From contig NZ_CAUVYG020000005.1 of the NCBI RefSeq assembly GCF_963556105.3, forward strand, positions 79,707 through 143,706: 64,000 nt of DNA, given 5' to 3'. The position numbers and the translations under genes were made by a program. Below the pieces are notes generated by a model. It searched no databases and was not told the origin of the DNA. It was given only the letters and a program-made list of their open reading frames with translations. This document shows positions 30,893 to 41,889 of this stretch, in pieces. How positions within the stretch are numbered: the first letter of the stretch is position 1; every line of letters begins with the position of its first letter. Source of the stretch: an uncultured Tolumonas sp. (GTDB lineage Bacteria > Pseudomonadota > Gammaproteobacteria > Enterobacterales > Aeromonadaceae).

Positions 30893-31327
30893 TCAACTTG
30901 TTGATCCAAGCGTTGTTGTGCTTGTTGCCACATATGCGTTTAAAACTGAATATTGCAATATTTTCGACTGTAAGACCTCGTAATAACGAAAGGCTTCGCG
31001 AATAACCTCTTTTAATTCCGTATCATCCCAAGGTTTTGTCAGAAAACGGTATATTTCGCTACGATTGATAGATTCTGCGATGCTATCAACATTACTGTAA
31101 CCACTGAGAACAATCCGAACCACACTAGGGTGGATAACGCGCGCACGAGCTAGGAATTCAATACCCGTCATTCCAGGCATTCGTTGATCGCAAATAATCA
31201 CACCGACCTGATTGTCAGCCAATAGCTGCAATGCTGTTTCCCCATTTGCAGCGGTCAATATACGATAGTTTTCTCGGCGTAATGAACGCATCAATGCGGA
31301 TAACACATTCGGTCCATCATTAACGAA
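30893..31327 (-). pseudogene. Receiver (REC) domain severed from the upstream EAL protein by an in-frame TAA
   Basis: Reads in frame directly after the stop at 31328-31330 (TV*FVNDGPNVLSAL). Phospho-Asp (ICDQRMP), S and KP are intact; the beta-1 acidic pair is degenerate. Confidence 0.6.
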
Positions 31328-34276
31328 TTACACCGTGCAGGAGCCCTCATCATTTATTGGGATCGCTAGTGGTTCATAACTGTTCAAAAACGCCTCAATT
31401 TCATTAACTGGCAAGGGTTTACTAACCAAATAGCCTTGCATAAAATCACATTGCAGGAAGCGCAGATATTTTGCCTGAGCCAATTCCTCTACCCCTTCCG
31501 CAATTATTTCCAGACCTAGGCTATGACCCAACGCAATAACTGCTTGAACGATCGAGGCATCACCACTGTTCACCAATATTTTTCGCACAAACGAGATATC
31601 AATCTTGAGCTTATGCACAGCCAGTTGTTGAAGGTAAGCCAGTGAAGAATAACCTGTTCCAAAATCATCAATTGACAGGCAAACGCCTAATGCCTTCAAC
31701 TCACTAAGCGATTTGATAGCGCTCGTCAGATTAGACATGACAGAGCTTTCCGTGATTTCTAGTTCCAAACTTTCGGGTTGAATGCCAGTTTCAATAATGA
31801 TTTTTTTAACCATGGTGGCAAAATCGCCTCGGCCTAATTGAACGGCAGAAACATTAACGGCGATGAACCCAAGAGTTGGTCGGGATAGCGACCATGTTTT
31901 AATTTGATAACAAGCTGTTTTCAACACCCATTCACCGAGCGGAACAATCAGCCCGCATTCTTCGGCTAAGGGAATAAAGCTAGATGGCGGGATCATACCC
32001 CGACTAGGGTGCTGCCAGCGGACTAACGCTTCGAACCCAACAATCTGGCCATTAACCAGATCGATTTGTGGCTGATAAAACAACCGCAGTTCATTTTCTT
32101 TTATTGCTCGTCTTAAATCCGCTTCCAGCGTCAATCGAGCCTTAGCTAGACTGGTCATTTCAGGTGAAAAAAACCGCAGCAGACCACGGCCTTGTGATTT
32201 AGCTTGATGAAGAGCAGCATCGCCATGGGATTGCAAACTTTCTGCATCCAAGCCATCTTCCGGGTACAGCGCAATGCCTATATTCACTCCGCTATAAACC
32301 TGATGACCATCTACATTGAACGGTTCATTAAATGCGTCAATGATCTGTTGGGCCACCAAATCAGGACCAAGAACATGTTCATTTTGTTCAAGAATGATAT
32401 TAAATACATCGCCACCCACGCGAGCAATGGCATTCACATTTGGTAACAGCTCTCTTAGTCGATGAGCTACTTCAATCAATAACTTATCGCCTAGACTCGG
32501 CCCCAAGCTTTCGTTGATCATTTTAAAATTAACGAGATCGAAAAATAACAGCGCAAACCGGGTACGGTTTTGCTCGTTTTGCTGAATGGCATGAAATAAT
32601 AGTTCATGAAAAAGTACACGATTGGGTAATTCGGTTAACGGATCGCGATGAACGAGAAAATCGAGTTTTTGCTCTGTTCGTTTGATCTGACTCAGATCTG
32701 AAAAAACAGCAATATGGTGTGTGCGTATACCCTGTGCATTGCGGATCACACTGATATTAAACAGCGCAGGGAAAATCGAACCATTTTTATGCCGGTTCCA
32801 GATTTCACCTTGCCATGCACCAGTTGTATCGATAGCTCGCCACATTGTCTGATAAAAATCACGTTCATGCCGACCAGATCTCAGCAAACCAGGGTTACAC
32901 CCTATAACTTCTTGCGCACTAAATCCGGTAATTTCGGTAAAGGCATGGTTGACACTCAGGATATGATTTTGCGTATCTGTGATAACGACCCCTTCCGTCG
33001 TGTTTTCAAGCACCGCAGCCGCTAAATGGAGGTTTTCTTCCGCTCGGCGTCGCTCAGTGATATCACGATGAGTACCTCGACATCCGGTATGGTTCCCCAT
33101 CGCATCGTAAACAAACAGACATACATGCTCAATCCAGCGTTCAGCACCATCCTGTCGGCGGATGCGAAAAATCAAAGGTGTTTGTTTATTCTTATCCGCA
33201 CAATTTGTTGGGCCACACCTATGCCAAGCAGGAAGATCTTCCGGATAAATAATTTTATCCATCAAATGGGCATCAGCAAAAAAATCTGCCGGGGTATAGC
33301 CGGAAATATCGGCACAGGCGGGTGAAACATAAAGATAACTGCCATCCTGTGCTAACCAGTATTCCCAGTTAGGCGAATAGTCAGCAAGAGTGCGGTATTT
33401 TTCCTCACTTTTCTCCAGCAAGGCGGTACGTTGCGCCACCAGCTGTTCAAGAAAACCTCTTAATCGACTAAGTTCAAGATGGGTGCGAATTCGAGCCCGG
33501 ACCTCCTCAATTTCAAACGGTTTGGTGATGTAATCAGCGGCGCCAACGTCGAACCCGTGCACCTTGTCTTCTGAGGAATCAACGACCGTAATGAAAATGA
33601 TCGGGATCCGATTGCCCGCTGGCGTCATTTTGATCTGACGACAAACTTCCACACCATCTATATCCGGCATCATGATGTCGAGCAAAATAAGGTCTGGCGG
33701 CATAGCGCCTTGTGCCAGTTCAATCGCTTTACGTCCATTATTAGCGACCATGATCCTATAGTCATCTTTCAGAACTTCTAACAGCGCATGGATATTTTCG
33801 GGAACATCATCGACGACTAAGAGTGTCGGAACTTCACCAGGCGGAAGACGTCTCATTGCATCCAACAATATAGGCGTTTTGCGATACCTTTTTAGCTCCA
33901 GTTGATTTTGCACACGTAGACGCAATAATTCAGCATTAACCGGCTTGGTAATGTAATCAGCAACACCCAGTTTAAGTCCTCTTTCTTCATCAATGGCTTC
34001 AGATAGTGCTGTGACAAAAATAACCGGAATATCGGCGGTAGCTGGTTCAGCTTTAAGTCTGGCAAGAACAGAATAACCATCCATGCCGGGCATCTTTATA
34101 TCCAGTAAGATCAGTTCCGGTTGTGGCTGGCGTTGTGCTATTTCCAGTGCTTTTTCCCCACTGGTGGCAGCAGAAATAACATAGTCATCTCGCAGAATAT
34201 TCATTAATGCATGCAGATTTTCATTAACATCATCCACAATGAGGATCCTGGGGCGTTTATTCGAGTGCTCATTCAT
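31328..34276 (-). CDS. REC-REC-PAS-PAS-degenerate GGDEF-EAL phosphodiesterase response regulator
   Basis: Two receivers (LLDIKMP, LLDIMMP), GGDVF, intact [23 protein letters not shown]. Likely ATG 34276 overlaps the kinase stop (ATGAATGA). Confidence 0.88.
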   Translation of the reverse strand: MNEHSNKRPRILIVDDVNENLHALMNILRDDYVISAATSGEKALEIAQRQPQPELILLDIKMPGMDGYSVLARLKAEPATADIPVIFVTALSEAIDEERGLKLGVADYITKPVNAELLRLRVQNQLELKRYRKTPILLDAMRRLPPGEVPTLLVVDDVPENIHALLEVLKDDYRIMVANNGRKAIELAQGAMPPDLILLDIMMPDIDGVEVCRQIKMTPAGNRIPIIFITVVDSSEDKVHGFDVGAADYITKPFEIEEVRARIRTHLELSRLRGFLEQLVAQRTALLEKSEEKYRTLADYSPNWEYWLAQDGSYLYVSPACADISGYTPADFFADAHLMDKIIYPEDLPAWHRCGPTNCADKNKQTPLIFRIRRQDGAERWIEHVCLFVYDAMGNHTGCRGTHRDITERRRAEENLHLAAAVLENTTEGVVITDTQNHILSVNHAFTEITGFSAQEVIGCNPGLLRSGRHERDFYQTMWRAIDTTGAWQGEIWNRHKNGSIFPALFNISVIRNAQGIRTHHIAVFSDLSQIKRTEQKLDFLVHRDPLTELPNRVLFHELLFHAIQQNEQNRTRFALLFFDLVNFKMINESLGPSLGDKLLIEVAHRLRELLPNVNAIARVGGDVFNIILEQNEHVLGPDLVAQQIIDAFNEPFNVDGHQVYSGVNIGIALYPEDGLDAESLQSHGDAALHQAKSQGRGLLRFFSPEMTSLAKARLTLEADLRRAIKENELRLFYQPQIDLVNGQIVGFEALVRWQHPSRGMIPPSSFIPLAEECGLIVPLGEWVLKTACYQIKTWSLSRPTLGFIAVNVSAVQLGRGDFATMVKKIIIETGIQPESLELEITESSVMSNLTSAIKSLSELKALGVCLSIDDFGTGYSSLAYLQQLAVHKLKIDISFVRKILVNSGDASIVQAVIALGHSLGLEIIAEGVEELAQAKYLRFLQCDFMQGYLVSKPLPVNEIEAFLNSYEPLAIPINDEGSCTV

Positions 34277-37200
34277 ATTTATCACCGCTGTTGTTTAGCA
34301 CATCACCCATGTCTTCTGGCTGCAATCGACTACGCAATGTCGTTAACAAGGCCAATGCTTCATCGATCGCAAAAATATCGGTCTTGGCGACAATATCATC
34401 AACCAATGATTCAACTTCATAACCAAATAAACTGGTTTGCAGTTCAGTTAATAATGGCTCTGCGGCACCTAAATCATATTCCAGTGCATAGGCTAATTTA
34501 TCTAACCGTCTCAGAATCTCATCTCGGCTGAGATTGTTGGTATTTTGAACGGGTATCACTGCTGTCGGTTTAGCTAAACTATCAATGTCCTTCATGACTT
34601 GCCGTAGCTGTTGTTGCATGACTTTCAGTTGTGAAGGCTCAGGCTGCTGACCTTGTTTGAGTTGGGCATCGATTCGACTTACCGAGTCAAAAAGACGTAC
34701 AGCGCCAATATTGCCAGAAACACCTTTAAGCGCATGGCAATAATCCTCCGCCTTCTGCGTTCCATCAGCAATAAGCTCCTGCAACCGGATATCAGCATCG
34801 GCATAATGTTCCCGAAACCGACTGAGTTGTTTGCGATAGGCCTCTTCTTTACCACCAATGCGACGGATACCCTGCAAGACATCAAGACTCGTTACCTGTT
34901 GTAAATCATGAGAGTATTTTTGTATAGGATGAGTGACTGAGTTCAAAACGGCTTCAGTTCCGGACGATGAGGCGCTATGCACCCATTTGGCCAAGGATGA
35001 CATCAGACGATCTGGATCCATCGGTTTGGTTATATGATCGTTCATACCAGCTGCCAGACTTTTTTCCACATCTTGTGCCATCGCCAATGCGGTCATCGCG
35101 ATAATGGGTAATGAAGCAAAACGCTCACCATTAGGCATTTTAGCCAAAGCCCGGATGTGTTGAGCAGCCTCTAAGCCATCCATGACCGGCATCTGGATAT
35201 CCATCAATACACCATCATAGTTCTGGCGTTGAACTTTATATACCGCCTCTTCCCCGTTGAGTGCTTCATCAACCACGATCCCTTGGCTACGTAGTAATTC
35301 AGCTGCAAATTCACGGTTAATATCATTATCCTCAACCAGCAATAAACGAATGCCTGCCAAATTATTACTCATTAATGTGTCTGCTCTTTGCGGTAGAGGA
35401 TCTTGGGCTCCCAAAATTCGCCCCCGCCCGAGAACAGACAGAATGGTGTCAAGCAACGTAGACGGTGAAACAGGCTTAATGAGAAAACCATCAACACCGG
35501 CTTGCTCTGCCAGCCGAATAACATCCTCACGGCCATACGCAGTCACCATGACAATTTTAGGCTGGTGAACTATCTCGCTATGAATACGTTGTGCCGCTTC
35601 ATCCCCGTTCATACCGGGCATTTTCCAATCCATTAACACGATATCAAACGGTTTTTCATTCTCAGTCTGCAACACCGCTAATGCGGCAGATCCGTTATGC
35701 GCCACACTAACAATCACACCGAAATAGCTCAGCATACCGGCCAATATGTCCCGCGACATTTCATTGTCATCAACCACTAATACCCGAATGCCGTTGAGTA
35801 ATGGGCCTGCTTGTTCCAGTAGTGCATGACGACGCGACTTTACTTGTTGTGCAATTTTAAGTTGAGCGGTAAAACAGATCGTGGTTCCTTTCTGCAATTG
35901 TGAATTTTCGATCCATATTGTCCCGCCCATCAACTCAACCAGATTTTTGCAAATAGCCAAACCTAACCCGGTACCGCCATAGTGACGGGTTGTTGATTGA
36001 TCTGCCTGAGTAAATTTCTGGAATAATTTATTTTGTTGTTCAGGCAACATCCCAATGCCCGTATCCCGAACATTGACCTGAATATTTAACTCGGTATCGG
36101 TGATAGAAAGCGCATGAAAAGCCAGCTCTACCTCCCCTTGCTCAGTAAATTTCACCGCATTGCCACATAAATTCAGCAACACCTGACCAAGGCGGAGTGG
36201 ATCACCCAGTAAAATCGACGGAATAGCTGTATCGTAGCGAATAAGAAACTCAATCCCCTTATGTTCGGCCTGGTAACTGATTGCATCAGTCAGTTGCTCC
36301 AATACACTATCAAGGCTGAATTCAATACATTCCAATTCAAGCTTACCTGCCTCGATTTTAGAAAAATCGAGAATATCGTTGATAATACCGAGCAAAGAAT
36401 GTGCAGCACCTTGTGCTTTTGAAAGGTAGTTATGCAAGCTGGACGGTAAATCGCTCTTCAGGGCAAGATATAGCATGCCCAAAATAGCATTCATCGGCGT
36501 ACGGATTTCATGACTCATATTCGCTAAAAATTGACTTTTTGCGAGATTGGCATGCTCAGCCGAGTCTTTAGCAAGCAGAAGCTCTTGTGTTCGTTCGGCG
36601 ACAATTTGCTCAAGATTTAGATTTACCGCATTGAGTTTTTGTATCGACTCAAAAAGTTGTGACTGACTATCATTCAGCACATCAACGAGTGCCCCCAGTT
36701 CATCCTGATATGGATATTCAATCTTTTCGACTCGTATGTCTCTGGGCTTATATTGCCAACCCGCAACGGTTTTAGCCATCTGAGTTACGCTATCAGATAA
36801 TCGAAAACGAATTGCCCAGGAAAAAATAAGCCATAGACAGGTGGTGACGATAACGGAACTTAATAGCATCACCGAAAGACTGTATTTGATGCGATCCCAC
36901 AAGACACTCCGGCTGGAGTACAAATCCAAATAACCAATCAAATCTCGAGAACCATTCGATGATTGGTGGAAAAGTGACACTACTTGTTGCCGATATGGAC
37001 CGGATAATATATTTGTTGATTGTTTTTGTTGTGCGGGAATGTCGCCATCACTGACGAGAATATCGCCCTTATCATTCTGGATAAGTACACCCGTGACGAT
37101 CTCGTTTTGTCTCACACCTTTTGCCGATAAAGAGAGTCGTCCTGAATCTAACTCCCATACTGCTTCAGTTATGCCCGGCTCGACGGTACGACCTAATGAT

Positions 37201-37343
37201 GCCAAATCGCTACCGATAGCATGATCAACCGTGAAATATTGGATAACAAGCTGTACTCCGGTCACACTGATAGCAAGCAGTAGATACCATGGGAGCATGG
37301 TGTAAAGTAGCCGCCGTGACAGTGTTTGCGTTGAACTCGTCAT
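34269..37343 (-). CDS. Membrane-bound hybrid (unorthodox) sensor histidine kinase: TM-periplasmic-TM-HAMP-HisKA-HATPase-REC-REC-Hpt
   Basis: [62 protein letters not shown]. Confidence 0.92.
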   Translation of the reverse strand: MTSSTQTLSRRLLYTMLPWYLLLAISVTGVQLVIQYFTVDHAIGSDLASLGRTVEPGITEAVWELDSGRLSLSAKGVRQNEIVTGVLIQNDKGDILVSDGDIPAQQKQSTNILSGPYRQQVVSLFHQSSNGSRDLIGYLDLYSSRSVLWDRIKYSLSVMLLSSVIVTTCLWLIFSWAIRFRLSDSVTQMAKTVAGWQYKPRDIRVEKIEYPYQDELGALVDVLNDSQSQLFESIQKLNAVNLNLEQIVAERTQELLLAKDSAEHANLAKSQFLANMSHEIRTPMNAILGMLYLALKSDLPSSLHNYLSKAQGAAHSLLGIINDILDFSKIEAGKLELECIEFSLDSVLEQLTDAISYQAEHKGIEFLIRYDTAIPSILLGDPLRLGQVLLNLCGNAVKFTEQGEVELAFHALSITDTELNIQVNVRDTGIGMLPEQQNKLFQKFTQADQSTTRHYGGTGLGLAICKNLVELMGGTIWIENSQLQKGTTICFTAQLKIAQQVKSRRHALLEQAGPLLNGIRVLVVDDNEMSRDILAGMLSYFGVIVSVAHNGSAALAVLQTENEKPFDIVLMDWKMPGMNGDEAAQRIHSEIVHQPKIVMVTAYGREDVIRLAEQAGVDGFLIKPVSPSTLLDTILSVLGRGRILGAQDPLPQRADTLMSNNLAGIRLLLVEDNDINREFAAELLRSQGIVVDEALNGEEAVYKVQRQNYDGVLMDIQMPVMDGLEAAQHIRALAKMPNGERFASLPIIAMTALAMAQDVEKSLAAGMNDHITKPMDPDRLMSSLAKWVHSASSSGTEAVLNSVTHPIQKYSHDLQQVTSLDVLQGIRRIGGKEEAYRKQLSRFREHYADADIRLQELIADGTQKAEDYCHALKGVSGNIGAVRLFDSVSRIDAQLKQGQQPEPSQLKVMQQQLRQVMKDIDSLAKPTAVIPVQNTNNLSRDEILRRLDKLAYALEYDLGAAEPLLTELQTSLFGYEVESLVDDIVAKTDIFAIDEALALLTTLRSRLQPEDMGDVLNNSGDKYE

Positions 37344-37386
37344 TGTTTCTCCATTTCAAAACATCCCTAATTATGAATGACGAAGA

Positions 37387-38283
37387 TCAGTATTTGGATT
37401 TAGGCCACCACCAACTCGTATCCGGTTTTGCATTACCCGCAGGTAAGATAGTGTTATCCAGCAGGATCACTTTACGCTTCTCTTTTTTTAACGCTGTGAT
37501 CTCTGCGGCATGATAACTTTCGAATAATTTACGGAAAGATCCATCAGCTAATGAACGATTTAGCCCAAGTTCTATTCTTTTAGCGAGTGCCACATTGTTT
37601 TTGTTCACCCAAAAATAAACTGGGTAAGGGAAATAAAGTGCTTTAGATTTCTCAATTGCCAATTGGGGATAATTTTGTTTACGCTCATCTAATTCTCGTC
37701 GCGCCTCATTAAGACCCCGCGGAAATGCATCAAACCGGTTGGCAGCCAACATCACAAATAAATTTTCATAATCAGAAGAGGTAACAACTGAAAATCCGTT
37801 TGCTCTCATAATGGGAAGGTCTGCCCACTGACTATTAAGACCAAACATCAGTTGTTTCCGCAGGGATATATCATCCATCTGTGTAATACGTTCTTGATCA
37901 GCGGCTCGAATAACTAACAATCTGAAACCGACAATACCCCGTAAAATATCTATCTTTATGGGTAATAACTGTGCCTCGCGTTCTGCGTTCGTCCCTAATG
38001 CGATGACATCAATATCCCCTGCTTCCAACAAAGAGATCCCTCGGTTTTGTGTCACATTCTCGGTGAAAGGCACAAGCTGAAGCGGTTTCGCCATATCGTT
38101 GGTATGAGCCAATGCTAATTCCAAAAGTTTCCATCTATATTCGTAGATGGTTCCAGAAGGAAAGTAACGAATTACAGCTTCTGAGGAAAATACGGGGCTG
38201 ACACAACCAAAAGCCACACTGACAGCGACGATCAGTTTACTGATCCTATGGAAGTATTTATGGCATTCAGAGAATTTCATCAC
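37387..38283 (-). CDS. Orphan periplasmic solute-binding protein (type II/PBP2-like)
   Basis: N-terminal export signal, LLELAL, REAQLLPIKI, MLAANRFDAFPRG, YFWVNK...LAKRIELGL, DGSF. No permease or ATPase genes nearby. Confidence 0.75.
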   Translation of the reverse strand: MMKFSECHKYFHRISKLIVAVSVAFGCVSPVFSSEAVIRYFPSGTIYEYRWKLLELALAHTNDMAKPLQLVPFTENVTQNRGISLLEAGDIDVIALGTNAEREAQLLPIKIDILRGIVGFRLLVIRAADQERITQMDDISLRKQLMFGLNSQWADLPIMRANGFSVVTSSDYENLFVMLAANRFDAFPRGLNEARRELDERKQNYPQLAIEKSKALYFPYPVYFWVNKNNVALAKRIELGLNRSLADGSFRKLFESYHAAEITALKKEKRKVILLDNTILPAGNAKPDTSWWWPKSKY

Positions 38284-38709
38284 GACTGTTCCTTATTGCT
38301 AAGTTAAGTATTTATATCAAATGCATGAGCATGGATAGCCGTTCTAGTTAAAAGCCATTCATATTTGAATTATAGTTATAGTGATCAACTAATACCGGAC
38401 AGAAATTAGGTTGATTTTCTGCTTTGGCAAGTGATGGATAACCTGTCGCGAGAACCCACCCTGTTTTCAGACTTCGAAACAACCTGTGCATTGGCGCTTT
38501 ATGCCAAGAATTTCCGCGATGATTCATACTTTACGTTATGCGGTATCGCCATAAGTGTTGTCTAACTTGACGATTGCTGTATTGAACTCCTAATAAAACC
38601 GCACCCATTTTTTACTTTCTGACAACAATTAAGTGATGTATTCCATTGCCTAAAAAGCTATCATGCGCCGGTTTTCTCAACAGCAGAAATTGAGCATTAA
38701 TTGAACGAT

Positions 38710-40038
38710 ATGAATCAAAAAGCACTGGCACCTAAAGTCGGTTTTATCTCTCTTGGTTGCCCAAAAAATCTGGTCGATGCCGAACGCATTCTGACCCAGT
38801 TACGCACTGAAGGTTATGACGTGGTGAATAACTACGACAATGCCGAATTAGTGATTGTGAACACCTGTGGTTTCATCGACAGCGCTGTGCAAGAGTCATT
38901 GGAAGTGATTGGCGAAGCGTTGCAGGAAAACGGCAAGGTGATCGTCACCGGTTGTCTGGGCGCAAAAGAAGATCAGATCCGTGAAGTGCACCCCAAAGTA
39001 CTGGAAATTTCCGGCCCGCACGCTTATGAACAAGTATTAAGTCACGTTCATAAATATGCAGCTAAACCTGAACACAACCCGTTCCTGAGCTTAGTGCCAG
39101 AACAAGGTGTTAAGCTGACACCGAAACATTACGCCTATCTGAAAATCTCTGAAGGCTGTAATCACCGCTGTACATTCTGCATCATTCCATCAATGCGTGG
39201 CGATCTCGACAGCCGAGCGATTGGCGAAGTGCTGGGTGAAGCGAAACGTCTGAAAAATGCCGGCGTGAAAGAAATTCTGGTGATCTCTCAAGATACCTCA
39301 GCCTACGGTGCTGATTTGAAACACCGCACTGGCTTTTACGAAGGCTCACCAGTGAAAACCAGCATGCTGGGTCTGTGTGAAGAATTATCAAAAATGGGCA
39401 TGTGGGTACGTCTACATTATGTTTACCCTTATCCGCATGTGGATGATGTGATCCCGTTGATGGCGGAAGGTAAGATCTTGCCGTATCTGGATATCCCGCT
39501 ACAGCATGCCAGCCCACGCATCCTGAAACTGATGAAACGTCCGGGTGCAATTGAACGCACATTAGAGCGTATTCAGGAATGGCGCCGCATCTGCCCAGAT
39601 CTGACACTGCGTTCAACCTTCATTGTCGGCTTCCCGGGTGAAACCGAAGAAGACTTCCAGATGCTGCTCGATTTCTTAGAAAAAGCTGAGTTAGATCGTG
39701 TCGGTTGTTTCAAATACAGCCCAGTCGATGGCGCAAAAGCTAACGAATTGCCCGATCCAGTACCGGAAGAGATTCAGGAAGAACGCTTCCATCGCTTCAT
39801 GGAATTACAGCAGAAAATTTCTGCACGCCGATTGGCTGCCAAAGTGGGCCGTCAATTGGATGTGATCGTCGACGAAGTGGATGAAGAAGGCGCTATTGGT
39901 CGCAGCTTCGCGGATGCACCGGAAATTGATGGTGTAGTTTACTTAAACGGTGAAACCAGCCTGAAACCAGGTGATATCGTGAAAGTGACCATCGACAATT
40001 CAGATGAATATGATTTATGGGGAACGGTAGTTCGATAA
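38710..40038 (+). CDS. rimO: Ribosomal protein S12 methylthiotransferase
   Basis: [10 protein letters not shown], radical [20 protein letters not shown] and a TRAM domain. Confidence 0.97.
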   Translation: MNQKALAPKVGFISLGCPKNLVDAERILTQLRTEGYDVVNNYDNAELVIVNTCGFIDSAVQESLEVIGEALQENGKVIVTGCLGAKEDQIREVHPKVLEISGPHAYEQVLSHVHKYAAKPEHNPFLSLVPEQGVKLTPKHYAYLKISEGCNHRCTFCIIPSMRGDLDSRAIGEVLGEAKRLKNAGVKEILVISQDTSAYGADLKHRTGFYEGSPVKTSMLGLCEELSKMGMWVRLHYVYPYPHVDDVIPLMAEGKILPYLDIPLQHASPRILKLMKRPGAIERTLERIQEWRRICPDLTLRSTFIVGFPGETEEDFQMLLDFLEKAELDRVGCFKYSPVDGAKANELPDPVPEEIQEERFHRFMELQQKISARRLAAKVGRQLDVIVDEVDEEGAIGRSFADAPEIDGVVYLNGETSLKPGDIVKVTIDNSDEYDLWGTVVR

Positions 40039-40063
40039 GTATCAACTTATCGATTTGCTGGAA

Positions 40064-40164
40064 GGATAACAGGAAAAATTTACCGACCCTCTGCGCCATG
40101 GATGGCGCAGCGGAGCCCTCAGGGATGAGTTTACGGCGTGTCGGGGAAATTATTCCTGTTGTCC
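40064..40164 (+). repeat. 101-bp palindromic intergenic element with two NGGA-loop hairpins (TwoAYGGAY-like / MITE-like)
   Basis: About 25-bp imperfect terminal inverted repeats (GGATAACAGGAAAAATTTACCGAC / GTCGGGGAAATTATTCCTGTTGTCC). Inner hairpins CTGCGCCA-TGGA-TGGCGCAG and CTCA-GGGA-TGAG. Confidence 0.7.
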
Positions 40165-40182
40165 GCCCCACTGAATCAGCAT

Positions 40183-40217
40183 AAAAAAAGCCCGTAGTTA
40201 ACGCTACGGGCTTTTTG
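40183..40217. terminator. Bidirectional terminator rimO/ybiT
   Basis: AAAAAAAGCCCGTAG-ttaacg-CTACGGGCTTTTT. Confidence 0.85.
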
Positions 40218-40238
40218 ATATCCGATATGCTGGGTTAC

Positions 40239-41831
40239 TTATTCAATACCCTGACTACGCAGATAATCTTCGTAGTTACCACCGAAGTCGATGATCTTCT
40301 CTGGGGTAATTTCCAAAATACGGCCGGCCAATGAGCTTACAAACTCACGGTCATGCGATACGAAAATCAGCGTGCCCGGATACATTTCCAGCGCCATGTT
40401 CAGTGATTCGATCGATTCCATATCCAAGTGGTTAGTTGGCTCGTCCATCACCAGAATGTTCGGTTTCTGCAACATCAGCTTACCAAACAACATACGGCCT
40501 TTTTCACCACCCGACAGCACTTTGACTTGCTTACGAATGTCGTCTTGGTTGAACAGCAAACGCCCCAACACGCTACGAATCGCCTGTTCGTCATCGTTTT
40601 CTTGTTTCCACTGATACATCCAGTCAAATACAGTCAGATCATTGTCAAAATCTTCCGCATGATCCTGCGAATAGTAACCGATCTTGGCATTTTCAGACCA
40701 TTTTACCGAACCCGTGTCAGGGGCCAGCTCACCAACCAGTGTTTTGATCAGCGTGGTTTTACCGATACCGTTGGTACCCAGCACCGCGATCTTCTCACCG
40801 ACTTCAACCATCAGGTTAAAACCTTTAAACAATGGGCCATTGTCATAGCCTTTGCTCAGGTTTTCGATTTCCAGAATGTTGCGATATAGCTTCTTATCTT
40901 GTTCAAAACGGATGAACGGATTTTGACGGCTGGATGCTTTTACTTCTTCAATCTTGATCTTATCGATCTGCTTCAGACGTGACGTCGCCTGACGTGATTT
41001 AGAGGCGTTGGCACTAAAGCGGCTGACGAATGATTGCAGGTCAGCAATTTGTGCTTTCTTCTTCGCATTATCAGACAACAGACGCTCACGCGCTTGGGTT
41101 GCAGCAGACATGTATTCGTCATAGTTACCCGGATACACGCGCAGTTCGCCGTAATCCAGATCGGCCATGTGGGTACAGACCATGTTCAGGAAGTGACGGT
41201 CATGCGAAATGATAACCATGGTACTTTCACGCGCATTCAACGTATCTTCCAACCAACGGATAGTATTGATATCCAAGTTGTTGGTTGGTTCGTCGAGCAA
41301 CAGAATGTCAGGGTTAGAGAACAGGGCTTGCGCCAACAGCACACGCAGTTTCCAGCCTGGAGCAACCGCGTTCATCAGGCCAGTATGCTGTTCAACCGGA
41401 ATACCGACACCCAGCAGCAGCTCGCCAGCGCGCGCTTCGGCAGTGTAACCGTCATATTCAGCCACTTTGCCTTCCAGTTCCGCAGCTCGCATGTAGTCAT
41501 CATCGGTGGCTTCCATGTTCGCGTAAATAGCATCGCGCTCACGGATCGCTTCCCACAACTCAGTGTGGCCCATCATGACCACGTCAAGCACGCGCATATC
41601 TTCATACGCAAACTGATCTTGGCGCAACTTACCGATGCGTTCGTTCGGATCAAGCGCTACGTTGCCCGCAGTCGGGTCTAAATCGCCACCCATGATTTTC
41701 ATGAAGGTTGATTTACCGCAACCGTTGGCGCCGATCAGACCGTAGCGATTGCCACCGCCAAATTTGACGGAGATGTTTTCAAACAGTGGCTTACTGCCAA
41801 ACTGCATAGTGATGTTATTGGTACTAAGCAC
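40239..41831 (-). CDS. ybiT: ABC-F family ATPase (translation factor)
   Basis: Two ABC domains without TM segments: [29 protein letters not shown]; 530 aa. Confidence 0.93.
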   Translation of the reverse strand: MLSTNNITMQFGSKPLFENISVKFGGGNRYGLIGANGCGKSTFMKIMGGDLDPTAGNVALDPNERIGKLRQDQFAYEDMRVLDVVMMGHTELWEAIRERDAIYANMEATDDDYMRAAELEGKVAEYDGYTAEARAGELLLGVGIPVEQHTGLMNAVAPGWKLRVLLAQALFSNPDILLLDEPTNNLDINTIRWLEDTLNARESTMVIISHDRHFLNMVCTHMADLDYGELRVYPGNYDEYMSAATQARERLLSDNAKKKAQIADLQSFVSRFSANASKSRQATSRLKQIDKIKIEEVKASSRQNPFIRFEQDKKLYRNILEIENLSKGYDNGPLFKGFNLMVEVGEKIAVLGTNGIGKTTLIKTLVGELAPDTGSVKWSENAKIGYYSQDHAEDFDNDLTVFDWMYQWKQENDDEQAIRSVLGRLLFNQDDIRKQVKVLSGGEKGRMLFGKLMLQKPNILVMDEPTNHLDMESIESLNMALEMYPGTLIFVSHDREFVSSLAGRILEITPEKIIDFGGNYEDYLRSQGIE

Positions 41832-41889
41832 TTTTACTTACCTTATAAAAAAACGGCCCCGAAACCGGAGCCGCTTATATTCTTCCGGA

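Noticed and set aside
38284-38709. Possible c-di-GMP riboswitch upstream of the signalling block (also checked 27080-27289 and 30712-30892)
   Set aside because: No GGCAAACC / GGGACGCAAAGC-type conserved segments found by eye on either strand. A covariance-model scan would be decisive.
25781-38709. Mobile-element hallmarks at the borders of the signalling block
   Set aside because: No integrase, transposase, tRNA or flanking direct repeat was found, so it is not called a mobile element.
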